From an uncultured virus (IMG/VR IMGVR_UViG_3300025732_000033) (lineage: Duplodnaviria; Heunggongvirae; Uroviricota; Caudoviricetes), in the IMG/VR virus record IMGVR_UViG_3300025732_000033: DNA of 64,000 bases. One strand, written 5' to 3'. This document shows positions 1-8,114 of this stretch, piece by piece. A model generated the notes under the pieces. It saw only the letters and a program-made list of their open reading frames with translations, was not told the origin of the DNA and did no database searches. Each line of letters begins with the position of its first letter. Position 1 is the stretch's first letter. Made by a program: the position numbers and the translations under genes.

Positions 1-2130
1 GGTGGCACAGGACAAACATCGCTATCTCTAGTAAATGTTAATTCATTTGCGGGAACCGGAGTATTTGATACAACTGCAAATACCGCTGCATCTTATCAAC
101 CTAAGGATGGTGACCTAACATCATTTGCAGCTTTGACCGGAACTGGATTTGTTTATAGGTCAGGCACGGATACTATCATTACAAAATCATCACCACTACC
201 AACAACGGATGGTGGAACTGGGCAAACATCCCTTGGTGCAGTAAACGTTAATTCATTTGCAGGAACTGGAGTATTTGAAACTACTGCATACGCAAGAAAT
301 ACTTATATAGAAAATTCATTTGACGCTGCTAATCAAATATTAGTTTATAATGGTTTTGCACCAATAGCACTTGATCCGGGCGATGCAAATACATTCTTAA
401 AATATAATGGATCTAATTTAGTATGGGCTGACATTACAGGCACAGTATCATTTCCAATTCCAATAAGCCAAGGTGGAACTAATACTACAACTACACCAGG
501 ATCAAATGGTAGGCTTATTTATTACAATAATTCACTTACTGCATATGACACTACTAACACTCTTTCATTTGCAGCAGGTACATTAAATGTTCCTTCAATA
601 GATTTAACAACTCCATTAGCTGTTGCAGATGGTGGAACTGGGCAAACTTCATTAGGGTCGGTAAGCGTAGATTCATTCGCTGGAACTTTATCTGTTGCAA
701 AAGGTGGGACAGGTCAAACTTCGCTAGCTTCCGTTAATGTTACTTCCTTCGCAGGAACAGGCACATTTGAAACTACTGGATATGCTAGAAACACATATGA
801 AACTACATCTTATGCTAGATCAAATTACACTACAACTGCTACAAATCTAACTTCATTTGCAGGAACTCTATCTGTAGTTAAAGGTGGAACTGGAGTTACG
901 GCATTAGATAATATTACTCTTGATTCATTTGGAGGGATTTTATCTCCATCTAAAGGTGGAACTGGTAAATCATCATTAAATCAATTAAATGTTAATTCAT
1001 TTGCTGGAACTGGAGTATTTGAAACTACTGCCAACGCGGGCTCTACTTATATTCCAAAATCTGTATTTACAAAAGCAAATCAGTTATTATATTCAAATGG
1101 TTCTACCCAACCGGCTGGATTTGATCCACCAACAGGAAATTCTTACTTAAATTACGACGGATCTATACTTAACTGGGCTACGGGTAACTTAGTAAGTCAA
1201 TTACCAATACCAATTACTGATGGTGGAACAAACACTACTGGCCCATTTACCTCTGGAAGAGTTTTGTATTTTACTGGGACCAAAGTTCAAGACAACTCAA
1301 ACCTAACGTTTAATGGAACTACGTTAACTGCTAATACTTTAGCACTGACAAATAAACTTGCCACTTCATATGGTGGAACTGGTGCTACTGCATTAGGGGA
1401 TATTACTTTAGATACATTTGGTGGGACACTATCTGTTGCTAAAGGTGGAACAGGTCAGACTTCTTTAGCTTCTGTTAATATTAATTCGTTTGCAGGAACT
1501 GGGGTATTTGAAACTACAGGATATTCCCGTAATACATTTGAAACTACGGGCTACGCCAGAAATACTTACGAAACAACAAGCTATGCTAGATCAAATTATA
1601 CTACGGTCGCTACAAATTTAACTTCGTTTGCAGGGACACTATCTATTGCAAAGGGTGGAACTGGAGTAACTACATTAACAGATGGCAGATTACTCTACGT
1701 AACAGGAACCTCAGTAACCTCAGTTGCTGCACCATCTAATAATAATTATTTGAAGTATACAACTGCTGGGGGGTATTCTTGGGATACTCCTGCGGGGGGA
1801 GCATTAGATCCAACATTACAAGCAATAGCAGATACGCCAACAGCAGCGAATGTTTTAATATATTTTAGCTCAGTTGATGGTGCTGCATCAGCTTCATTTA
1901 CTCAAGCTGGTAGAGCTTTCGCAAGAACGGTAAGCCTTAATGCAGGGGACATGTTTTATTATAATGGAACTGATATAAGCAAGATAGCAAAACCTACAGC
2001 AACAGATGAACCTGGAGCATTAGTTTGGAGTCAAACAGATCAAGCACCTAAATGGATAACTAGTAAGACACAAGGACATGTATTACAAATAAATGCTTCA
2101 AATGAAGTTGAGTGGAACGTAACACCCTAA
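1..2130 (+). CDS. Tail fibre-like repeat protein, 5'-truncated (frame open from base 1)
   Basis: Frame 1 is stop-free from base 1 (GGTGQTSLSLVNVNSFAGTG...). Many (K/D/Q)GGT(G/N) repeats and the phage fibre motif LDPTLQAIA...NVLIYF...ASFTQAGR; Thr/Ser/Gly-rich. Confidence 0.8.
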   Translation, partial: GGTGQTSLSLVNVNSFAGTGVFDTTANTAASYQPKDGDLTSFAALTGTGFVYRSGTDTIITKSSPLPTTDGGTGQTSLGAVNVNSFAGTGVFETTAYARNTYIENSFDAANQILVYNGFAPIALDPGDANTFLKYNGSNLVWADITGTVSFPIPISQGGTNTTTTPGSNGRLIYYNNSLTAYDTTNTLSFAAGTLNVPSIDLTTPLAVADGGTGQTSLGSVSVDSFAGTLSVAKGGTGQTSLASVNVTSFAGTGTFETTGYARNTYETTSYARSNYTTTATNLTSFAGTLSVVKGGTGVTALDNITLDSFGGILSPSKGGTGKSSLNQLNVNSFAGTGVFETTANAGSTYIPKSVFTKANQLLYSNGSTQPAGFDPPTGNSYLNYDGSILNWATGNLVSQLPIPITDGGTNTTGPFTSGRVLYFTGTKVQDNSNLTFNGTTLTANTLALTNKLATSYGGTGATALGDITLDTFGGTLSVAKGGTGQTSLASVNINSFAGTGVFETTGYSRNTFETTGYARNTYETTSYARSNYTTVATNLTSFAGTLSIAKGGTGVTTLTDGRLLYVTGTSVTSVAAPSNNNYLKYTTAGGYSWDTPAGGALDPTLQAIADTPTAANVLIYFSSVDGAASASFTQAGRAFARTVSLNAGDMFYYNGTDISKIAKPTATDEPGALVWSQTDQAPKWITSKTQGHVLQINASNEVEWNVTP

Positions 2131-2354
2131 TCTACTTTATCACCACGCTTCAAAGACGCAACTAATCTAAGCATTACATTCTCTCGTATTCCATCCAGTT
2201 CTCTGTAAATGCTAGTTAGTGAATTCAAAGTATCCATACCTATCTTCTTATTTTTCAACCCTTTGATCTCATCCCCAAGTCTATCTAAAGTAGTTTGCTG
2301 AGTTGGGGTAAAGTTATACAAAGAATCTAATAGAGTTTCAGCTTTTATAGTCAT
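2127..2354 (-). CDS. Small hypothetical helical protein
   Basis: 75 aa ORF coupled to the uvsW stop (ATGA overlap). Confidence 0.6.
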   Translation of the reverse strand: MTIKAETLLDSLYNFTPTQQTTLDRLGDEIKGLKNKKIGMDTLNSLTSIYRELDGIRENVMLRLVASLKRGDKVD

Positions 2355-3724
2355 AGTTTAATCCACGAGATGTCGTGACCTTCTTTTCGATAGTGTTTGA
2401 TTCTAGCTTTGGAATGCTCGCGCATGTAAGGTATTTCATCCATAAAATCGTATACCATTACTGAGCTTTTATCTTTAGCCTTTCGCATACCACGCCCGAG
2501 ACCTTGGATCGTAGGTATCTTATCCTTCAATCCTCGGGCATTGATAAGGTGGCTAATCTCTTCAATATTAATTCCAGTCTGAAGGACTTTGGTGCCGATG
2601 AGGAAGGCAGCTTTCTTGGACTTTAGGAAGCCTTTAATGGCTTCCTGGCGTTCTGAAATAGAGTTCACACCCTCCAAGGTGAAGGAGTTTGGGATGGCTT
2701 TTCTAAGCGTTTCCAGGTGTGCTAAGTTCTTCACCAGAATACATACCTTAGCATCAGAACTAGCAGCAGCAATCTTAGCAGCTAATTCTACAATCATCTT
2801 ATTACGCTTCTCTGAGTTTACAATAAACTTATCGTAGAGATTAGCATATGTGTCATCCATATCCTCAGGCTTGAGATCGTCTGTGTATTCAATAATTTGA
2901 ATAACAGGTTTTGCTAGCTTGTTCTCCTCAATAAGCTCTTGAGTTGTTTTGGTGCTTATCTTATCCCCAAACGCGCCTCGTAATGTGAGCTGACCAATAG
3001 GATCGTCTGGAAGAGTAGCTGTGAATCCGAAACGGTATTGAGCATTAGGAAAGCTCTGAATAGCAGCGACCGCAATCTCACCTCTACAGAATTTATGAAC
3101 TTCGTCAACAATCAACACCTCCGCTTCTTCTAAATGCGTATCAAATATCTTTTCGATACTTTGAACGGTGGACAACATTATCCTACCATCTTTGTAATCT
3201 CCACCGAGATTAATTCCAACGTCTTTGAATCCGCACTTCTTAGTTAGGTATTCAAAGGTTTGAGTTAGAATACTACGCTCATCGAATAGAATCACAACCT
3301 TATCCTCAGAGAAGGCCGTAAGGAGAGCGGCCAGAATTAAAGTCTTGCCCGATCCCGTTGGCGATAGTATCAAAGCCCTTTGAGCCTTAAGAGCTTCGTA
3401 AACAGCTTTCTCTTGATAATCAAAAAGCTTGAACTCTTTAATCTGAGTTTCAAATACAAATCCAGATCGAGGTTCGTAATCTCTTATTATACTAGGCTTG
3501 CAACCTACTTTCTCAAGATCAGCTAGGATACCATTTAAAAGCCCAGTTTTAAATCTCCCTGTGGCGGTTATAAATCGTTTTTTACCATCCCAACCCCGTC
3601 TTTGATAGGCCGGGGTATACTGATATCCCTGGACTGGGAAGGCCCAATTATCTGATAAAACTTTTATAATTTGGGGGTTATCAGTTTCTATTAAGGAGTC
3701 TATAATACCTACGCGAATTTGCAT
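2351..3724 (-). CDS. uvsW: UvsW-like SF2 DNA helicase (likely start ATG 3724)
   Basis: N-terminal GY.YTPAY...WDGKKRF, Q motif DYQ, Walker A SPTGSGKT, DEVH, TAT, QGLGRGMR. Confidence 0.92.
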   Translation of the reverse strand: MQIRVGIIDSLIETDNPQIIKVLSDNWAFPVQGYQYTPAYQRRGWDGKKRFITATGRFKTGLLNGILADLEKVGCKPSIIRDYEPRSGFVFETQIKEFKLFDYQEKAVYEALKAQRALILSPTGSGKTLILAALLTAFSEDKVVILFDERSILTQTFEYLTKKCGFKDVGINLGGDYKDGRIMLSTVQSIEKIFDTHLEEAEVLIVDEVHKFCRGEIAVAAIQSFPNAQYRFGFTATLPDDPIGQLTLRGAFGDKISTKTTQELIEENKLAKPVIQIIEYTDDLKPEDMDDTYANLYDKFIVNSEKRNKMIVELAAKIAAASSDAKVCILVKNLAHLETLRKAIPNSFTLEGVNSISERQEAIKGFLKSKKAAFLIGTKVLQTGINIEEISHLINARGLKDKIPTIQGLGRGMRKAKDKSSVMVYDFMDEIPYMREHSKARIKHYRKEGHDISWIKL

Positions 3725-3744
3725 ACACACTATAATAGTGTGTA
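3724..3744. promoter_or_regulatory. Symmetric divergent promoter element within a 10-bp inverted repeat
   Basis: TACACACTAT-A-ATAGTGTGTA. TATAAT on + (3731-3736) and TATTAT on - (3737-3732), the latter 7 nt before the uvsW ATG. Confidence 0.6.
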
Positions 3745-3754
3745 AAGGAATTAT

Positions 3755-4498
3755 ATGAAAGAATTAGATCCAAATCAAGAGAATAGAGATTCAAGATTAG
3801 AGCAACTATTTGGTGAGTTGCCACTTGAAGCCGAAACGATGATAAATCTACCTTCTGAGGGTAGATTTTATTCTAGTAAAGTATCTCAGGTAACTATTTC
3901 ACCAATTACTTTTGAAGACGAGAAGCAGCTATCCACAAGTGTTAAAAATAAGATAAACCCTGTAAATTTAATTATATCTAAATGCACTAAGGGTATTGAT
4001 ACTAATAATTTATTATTAATGGATAAGCTTTATCTTTTATTAAAAATAAGAGAAATTTCTTATGGGTCAAAGTATCCTGCATCAATAAGCTGCCCTAAGT
4101 GCTCTGCCGAGTCAGAAGTTACTATTGATCTATCTGATTTAATTATAAATAAATTAGATGTGGACATTACCGATCCAAGAGAAATACAGCTTCCAAAACT
4201 TAAAAAGACCGCCAAGGTAAGGTTCCCCAGGGTAAGCGATGAGCAGTATTTAAATAACCAAGAACAAATTTATAATAATATCTGGAGATTCGTAATAGAA
4301 CTTAATGGAATTAAAGATCCAGTATTTATTAATAAAGCCATCCCAAAAATGCATATTATGGACATTAAATTTATGATAAACCATATTATGCGCCCAGATC
4401 TAGGTTTAGACCCAAGATTTATTTATGACTGTGGCTTCTGCGGGGCAACCTCGGAAATGGCGGTGCCAATTAGCGAAAATTTTTTTTCAGTGACCTAG
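3755..4498 (+). CDS. gp26: Baseplate hub assembly protein / tail chaperone, T4 gp26-like
   Basis: LPSEG.FY, DKLYLLLKIREISYG, CPKC, KVRFPR, CGFC and terminal ENFF; SD AAAGGA. Confidence 0.8.
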   Translation: MKELDPNQENRDSRLEQLFGELPLEAETMINLPSEGRFYSSKVSQVTISPITFEDEKQLSTSVKNKINPVNLIISKCTKGIDTNNLLLMDKLYLLLKIREISYGSKYPASISCPKCSAESEVTIDLSDLIINKLDVDITDPREIQLPKLKKTAKVRFPRVSDEQYLNNQEQIYNNIWRFVIELNGIKDPVFINKAIPKMHIMDIKFMINHIMRPDLGLDPRFIYDCGFCGATSEMAVPISENFFSVT

Positions 4499-4677
4499 TA
4501 GATCAATTAAATTTAGAAAATATACTGTTTGAAGCCTACATATTGGTAAGTAAATGTAATTTTACTTATCAAGATGTTAAGAGTATGACCAGGATAGAAA
4601 GGGCCGTATTCTTAAAACTTTATTCCGACCAAGTAAAGGCTGAGAACGATGCTATTGAACAATATAAACATAGATGA
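4486..4677 (+). CDS. Unannotated gp51-like ORF, probably a -1 frameshift extension of gp26
   Basis: The -1 frame reads FSDLVDQLNLENILFEAYILVSKCNFTYQDVKSMTRIERAVFLKLYSDQVKAENDAIEQYKHR*. It is bounded upstream by TAG 4471-4473, has no ATG until 4585, and starts at a T8 run (4480-4487). Confidence 0.7.
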   Translation, partial: FSDLVDQLNLENILFEAYILVSKCNFTYQDVKSMTRIERAVFLKLYSDQVKAENDAIEQYKHR

Positions 4678-5596
4678 GCGGCACAATAGGCCAGCAGTCC
4701 TATCTAAAGTGGGGTTGCAGGCCCATTTTATTAGTGATGGGCAGTATGTCGATCCTTATCAAATAAGTTCTGTAACTATATTTAATAAATCACTAGATTT
4801 ATATCCATACTCAATTTTAAATAGCCAAACTCAGCTTATTGATACCTCTTCGGTAAGCGGATCAATTTTAATGAGTTTTACTAGTGATTATCCTGAAACT
4901 AGTAATTTTAAATCTGGTTCACAATATAGTTCTGGAGATGATGATATATTTAAATTATCAACTGGAAAATATATTGTTGTTTTAGACGGTTCTAAAAATT
5001 CAAATCAAACTGGTAAAATAAATTTGGATGGAATGTCAACTACAATCCCTAATACAGTATCAAATACGGGAGACTACATTGATGCTTGGACAGTCAGAAT
5101 GTATCAAAATTCTGATCTACAAGTAGTAATAAATGATTTTACCCTTAGAAAAGGTGGATTTACTGTTCTAACTGAACCCATAATGATTAAATCTAAGAAT
5201 AGATTAATTAATAGTAAAGTAAATTTAGGTTCAATATCAGATATAAAAGTTGCAACAGATATCCATGTAGAAAATACTCAAATAAATGAATCAGTGAAAA
5301 ATTTATTTAGAGATACAGTTGTAACTAGTGGAGCATTTGAAATCCAAAAATTAAATGAAGCTGCAAATTTACCGGCTAGAGTAACTGTTTCTTCATTCAA
5401 TGAAACTAGTTCTTTAGTCAGTATAACTGCGGATAATGTTTTACTATTTAATTGGGATACCACTAAATTATCAACCCACCCTCAATTAGTTGCCGGTAAT
5501 TTTGGATCTATCCAAGGTGTATATGCTATTCGTGTAAGATACACAATATTTAAAGATACAATTATTTCTGATCCAATGTATCTAACTCTCTCATAG
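4649..5596 (+). CDS. Hypothetical beta-rich (probably virion) protein
   Basis: 315 aa ORF, Ser/Asn/Thr-rich, Ig-like strand pattern. Confidence 0.55.
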   Translation: MLLNNINIDERHNRPAVLSKVGLQAHFISDGQYVDPYQISSVTIFNKSLDLYPYSILNSQTQLIDTSSVSGSILMSFTSDYPETSNFKSGSQYSSGDDDIFKLSTGKYIVVLDGSKNSNQTGKINLDGMSTTIPNTVSNTGDYIDAWTVRMYQNSDLQVVINDFTLRKGGFTVLTEPIMIKSKNRLINSKVNLGSISDIKVATDIHVENTQINESVKNLFRDTVVTSGAFEIQKLNEAANLPARVTVSSFNETSSLVSITADNVLLFNWDTTKLSTHPQLVAGNFGSIQGVYAIRVRYTIFKDTIISDPMYLTLS

Positions 5597-6542
5597 TATC
5601 CCACTCATTCAAATGAAATTGTTGGTGGCTTTTTAGATGATCGTGAAGCATTCGTTTATCTTTGACGAATGCTTCATTCCAATCCTTGAATCCTGAGGGC
5701 GGAAAGCAATAGTTAAATCCTGGCATCCTAGCTCTTCTACGACGAAGCTCAAACGTGCGCAAACCATCTAATCCGGCACGATCATTATCGTAAGCCACTA
5801 TGATCTTGCCCTGATAGTATTTCAGTTGTTCTAGCTGCGCCATCGAAACATGGCAGGAGATCGTAGTTGTGGCGTTGAATCCCATCAACTGCAATGACAT
5901 CGCATCAATAGCGCCCTCGCACACGTAGAGATGATCAGTTGAATCATATTTGAAAGGAAATAGAACTGACGATGACTTCATGCCCTTGAAGTTCAAATAC
6001 TTGGGATTCTGATTAGATAAGGTTCTGCCCTGAAAGAAGAATACCTTGTCTCGGTTTCGATAGGGTATAATTAATCTTCCGTAATAAAGACCTTGATTAG
6101 CGACGTAAAAGTCGCCATACTCCACGATGCCACGGTCGATTAGAGCCGTAATTGCCTGAGAATTATAATGGCAAGAAGTATTGGCAAAGTCTAGTTTTTT
6201 AAAGTCTTGATCAAATAACTTGTTAAGTTCTTCCTCGGTATTATTTTTACTCTCTGGGGCAGGCTTAATTTCTTCGGCAAAGAATTCATCGACCAGGAAC
6301 TTCTGATATGCTAACTTGTAAGTTAATCTTTCAAGTTGGGCATACAGGTGAATAAAGTTGCCCTTTTCACCAGATTTAAAGCACTGCCAAAGCCCAGTAT
6401 CTAAATTAATCGACATGTGGCGTTTGGTATCACTATCTAAAAAGATAGATGGGATAATCATTTCCCGGCCACTGCTAATTAATTTATATTTTCCCTCGAA
6501 TTTTTTAATTAAGTAGTCTCTAATATAGTTTGAGGAAATCAT
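5562..6542 (-). CDS. DnaG-type DNA primase (TOPRIM) with degenerate Zn-finger region
   Basis: GRLIIP, FQGR, PKYLN, VCEGAIDAMS, AYDNDRAG, KDWNE. Confidence 0.9.
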   Translation of the reverse strand: MISSNYIRDYLIKKFEGKYKLISSGREMIIPSIFLDSDTKRHMSINLDTGLWQCFKSGEKGNFIHLYAQLERLTYKLAYQKFLVDEFFAEEIKPAPESKNNTEEELNKLFDQDFKKLDFANTSCHYNSQAITALIDRGIVEYGDFYVANQGLYYGRLIIPYRNRDKVFFFQGRTLSNQNPKYLNFKGMKSSSVLFPFKYDSTDHLYVCEGAIDAMSLQLMGFNATTTISCHVSMAQLEQLKYYQGKIIVAYDNDRAGLDGLRTFELRRRRARMPGFNYCFPPSGFKDWNEAFVKDKRMLHDHLKSHQQFHLNEWDTMRELDTLDQK

Positions 6543-7347
6543 GTTTTTAGACCGATTAAGTAATTCAAAATCCGACGTAATAGATCAGTGTTTGCTCAAG
6601 TATGACTATAGATATATTAGGAAGCTTCCGGGCTACCCATCAAAAAACGAGGACGCAGTGGACTTCGGAACCTATATTCATAGAATCTTTGAGCTTGGCC
6701 ATACCGAGAATCATATCACACAGCTAGAGAAAATTGCAGAAAATATTAAAAAAGATTATAAAGTCCCGCTAGTCTATAAAGATAGGATAGACCAATGTTT
6801 ACGTAACTTCCTAAGGTTCAATAAGGGCCTAGGAGAGACGATGGCAGTGGAGCATGAGTTCTCGGTCGATTTAGCTGATGGAGTGAAATACAATGGCTTT
6901 ATTGACCGTATAGTCAAAGGAGAAAAAGGTGGTATTTTAATTATTGACTATAAGACTTCTAAGAAAGAAAAGACTAAAATAGATTTATCTAGAGACAAGC
7001 AGCTTATTGGGTATGCTTTTGCAGTTTCTAAAGAGTTTAATATACCTATAAATGATATCTGGTGTGCTCACTATTACCCATTAACTGATAATCTAGTTTC
7101 AGTTAAATTCCCTCAATCTGCCATAAATATGTGGAGGGAAAAAGAAATTAGTAAAGTTTGGAAGATCCGCAAAAAGAAGAAGGAGGATTTCCCGCCAATG
7201 CAAAATGAGTTCTGTGATTGGTGTGAGTATAAGCCCGTATGCCCTCTATTTAATGAAGAGTGCGAAGTAAAGAAAAGATTGGATGAGCAGGAGCTTTTAA
7301 AGAAAACTCAATCTAAGCCAGAAAGCTTACCCAAAATAACAGGGTAA
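6541..7347 (+). CDS. Cas4/AddB-like PD-(D/E)XK exonuclease with Fe-S cysteines
   Basis: N-terminal Cys, FGTYIH, E..F, GFIDRI, IIDYKT, QLIGYA, C-terminal CDWC.....C. Confidence 0.88.
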   Translation: MFLDRLSNSKSDVIDQCLLKYDYRYIRKLPGYPSKNEDAVDFGTYIHRIFELGHTENHITQLEKIAENIKKDYKVPLVYKDRIDQCLRNFLRFNKGLGETMAVEHEFSVDLADGVKYNGFIDRIVKGEKGGILIIDYKTSKKEKTKIDLSRDKQLIGYAFAVSKEFNIPINDIWCAHYYPLTDNLVSVKFPQSAINMWREKEISKVWKIRKKKKEDFPPMQNEFCDWCEYKPVCPLFNEECEVKKRLDEQELLKKTQSKPESLPKITG

Positions 7348-7601
7348 TAGATAGAAACATCTATAGCTTCAAAGAAGTTTTTAACTTGAAATGTGGAATA
7401 TCCACATTTATTTGACAGATGTTTGTATAAAGATTCAATTTTTATTGGCTTTCTGTCTTTTAATGACTTGATTATCTTGGCCTGAAACTCTTTTAAGAAC
7501 TTACCACTAAATCTATATTTCCACTTATCCAGGAAGTCATCACTTAAAGTAAAGTTAATTAAATCTATAAATTCAACAATTTCTGTATCTATATTGCTCA
7601 T
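7308..7601 (-). CDS. Hypothetical protein
   Basis: 97 aa ATG ORF overlapping the nuclease 3' end. Confidence 0.6.
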   Translation of the reverse strand: MSNIDTEIVEFIDLINFTLSDDFLDKWKYRFSGKFLKEFQAKIIKSLKDRKPIKIESLYKHLSNKCGYSTFQVKNFFEAIDVSIYYPVILGKLSGLD

Positions 7602-7730
7602 AAGTAGTTAAATATATCAAAATTAAATAGATATATAATACATATTAGAGGCAAGTGCCATTTAAATTTTTAAGGAATTTTTAAAATAGTTAATAAATTA
7701 CAAGTCCCTGTAGACTTTGAAGTAGCTTAC

Positions 7731-8114
7731 GTGGAAGCTGGACACCATGATTCTACCCTTGGGTTTAGGAATAATGATGCCGCCTCCCTGCAAGCTGGGG
7801 ATATTGCTTTTTTTAACTATAAAGGTGATAGAGGTTCAAGTTTTAGACAAGTTTTGGTGGTGAATACTGAAGTTAGTAAAAATGGTAAATGGAGATCTAT
7901 GAGAGGCAATAACTTAATTAATTGTTTTGAAGTATACGGTTCAACCTCTAAATTAGATTTATTATTTACTTATTTCTATAAAAATAGAATTGGTTCTAGT
8001 TACAAAAAAGGTTTAAATTTATTTTTTGGCGAAAGTAAGTTTAGAACTTTTAATCTAAATAAAATTGGGACGGTGTATGAGTTAGTCCCCAGGAAGGTAA
8101 TCAGTGGCAGATAA
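7731..8114 (+). CDS. Hypothetical basic protein (weak resemblance to T4 gp2 DNA end protector); start uncertain
   Basis: GDIAFFNY...FRTF motifs; frame is open from 7674. Confidence 0.4.
   Translation: MEAGHHDSTLGFRNNDAASLQAGDIAFFNYKGDRGSSFRQVLVVNTEVSKNGKWRSMRGNNLINCFEVYGSTSKLDLLFTYFYKNRIGSSYKKGLNLFFGESKFRTFNLNKIGTVYELVPRKVISGR

Noticed and set aside
1..1700. Tail fibre repeats as DGR template/variable repeats or a CRISPR array
   Set aside because: The repeats are in-frame and differ mostly at synonymous positions rather than specifically at adenines; no reverse transcriptase in the window.
6541..7347. Cas4-like gene as evidence of a CRISPR-Cas system
   Set aside because: No repeat-spacer array or other cas genes are seen; solo Cas4-like nucleases are common in phages.
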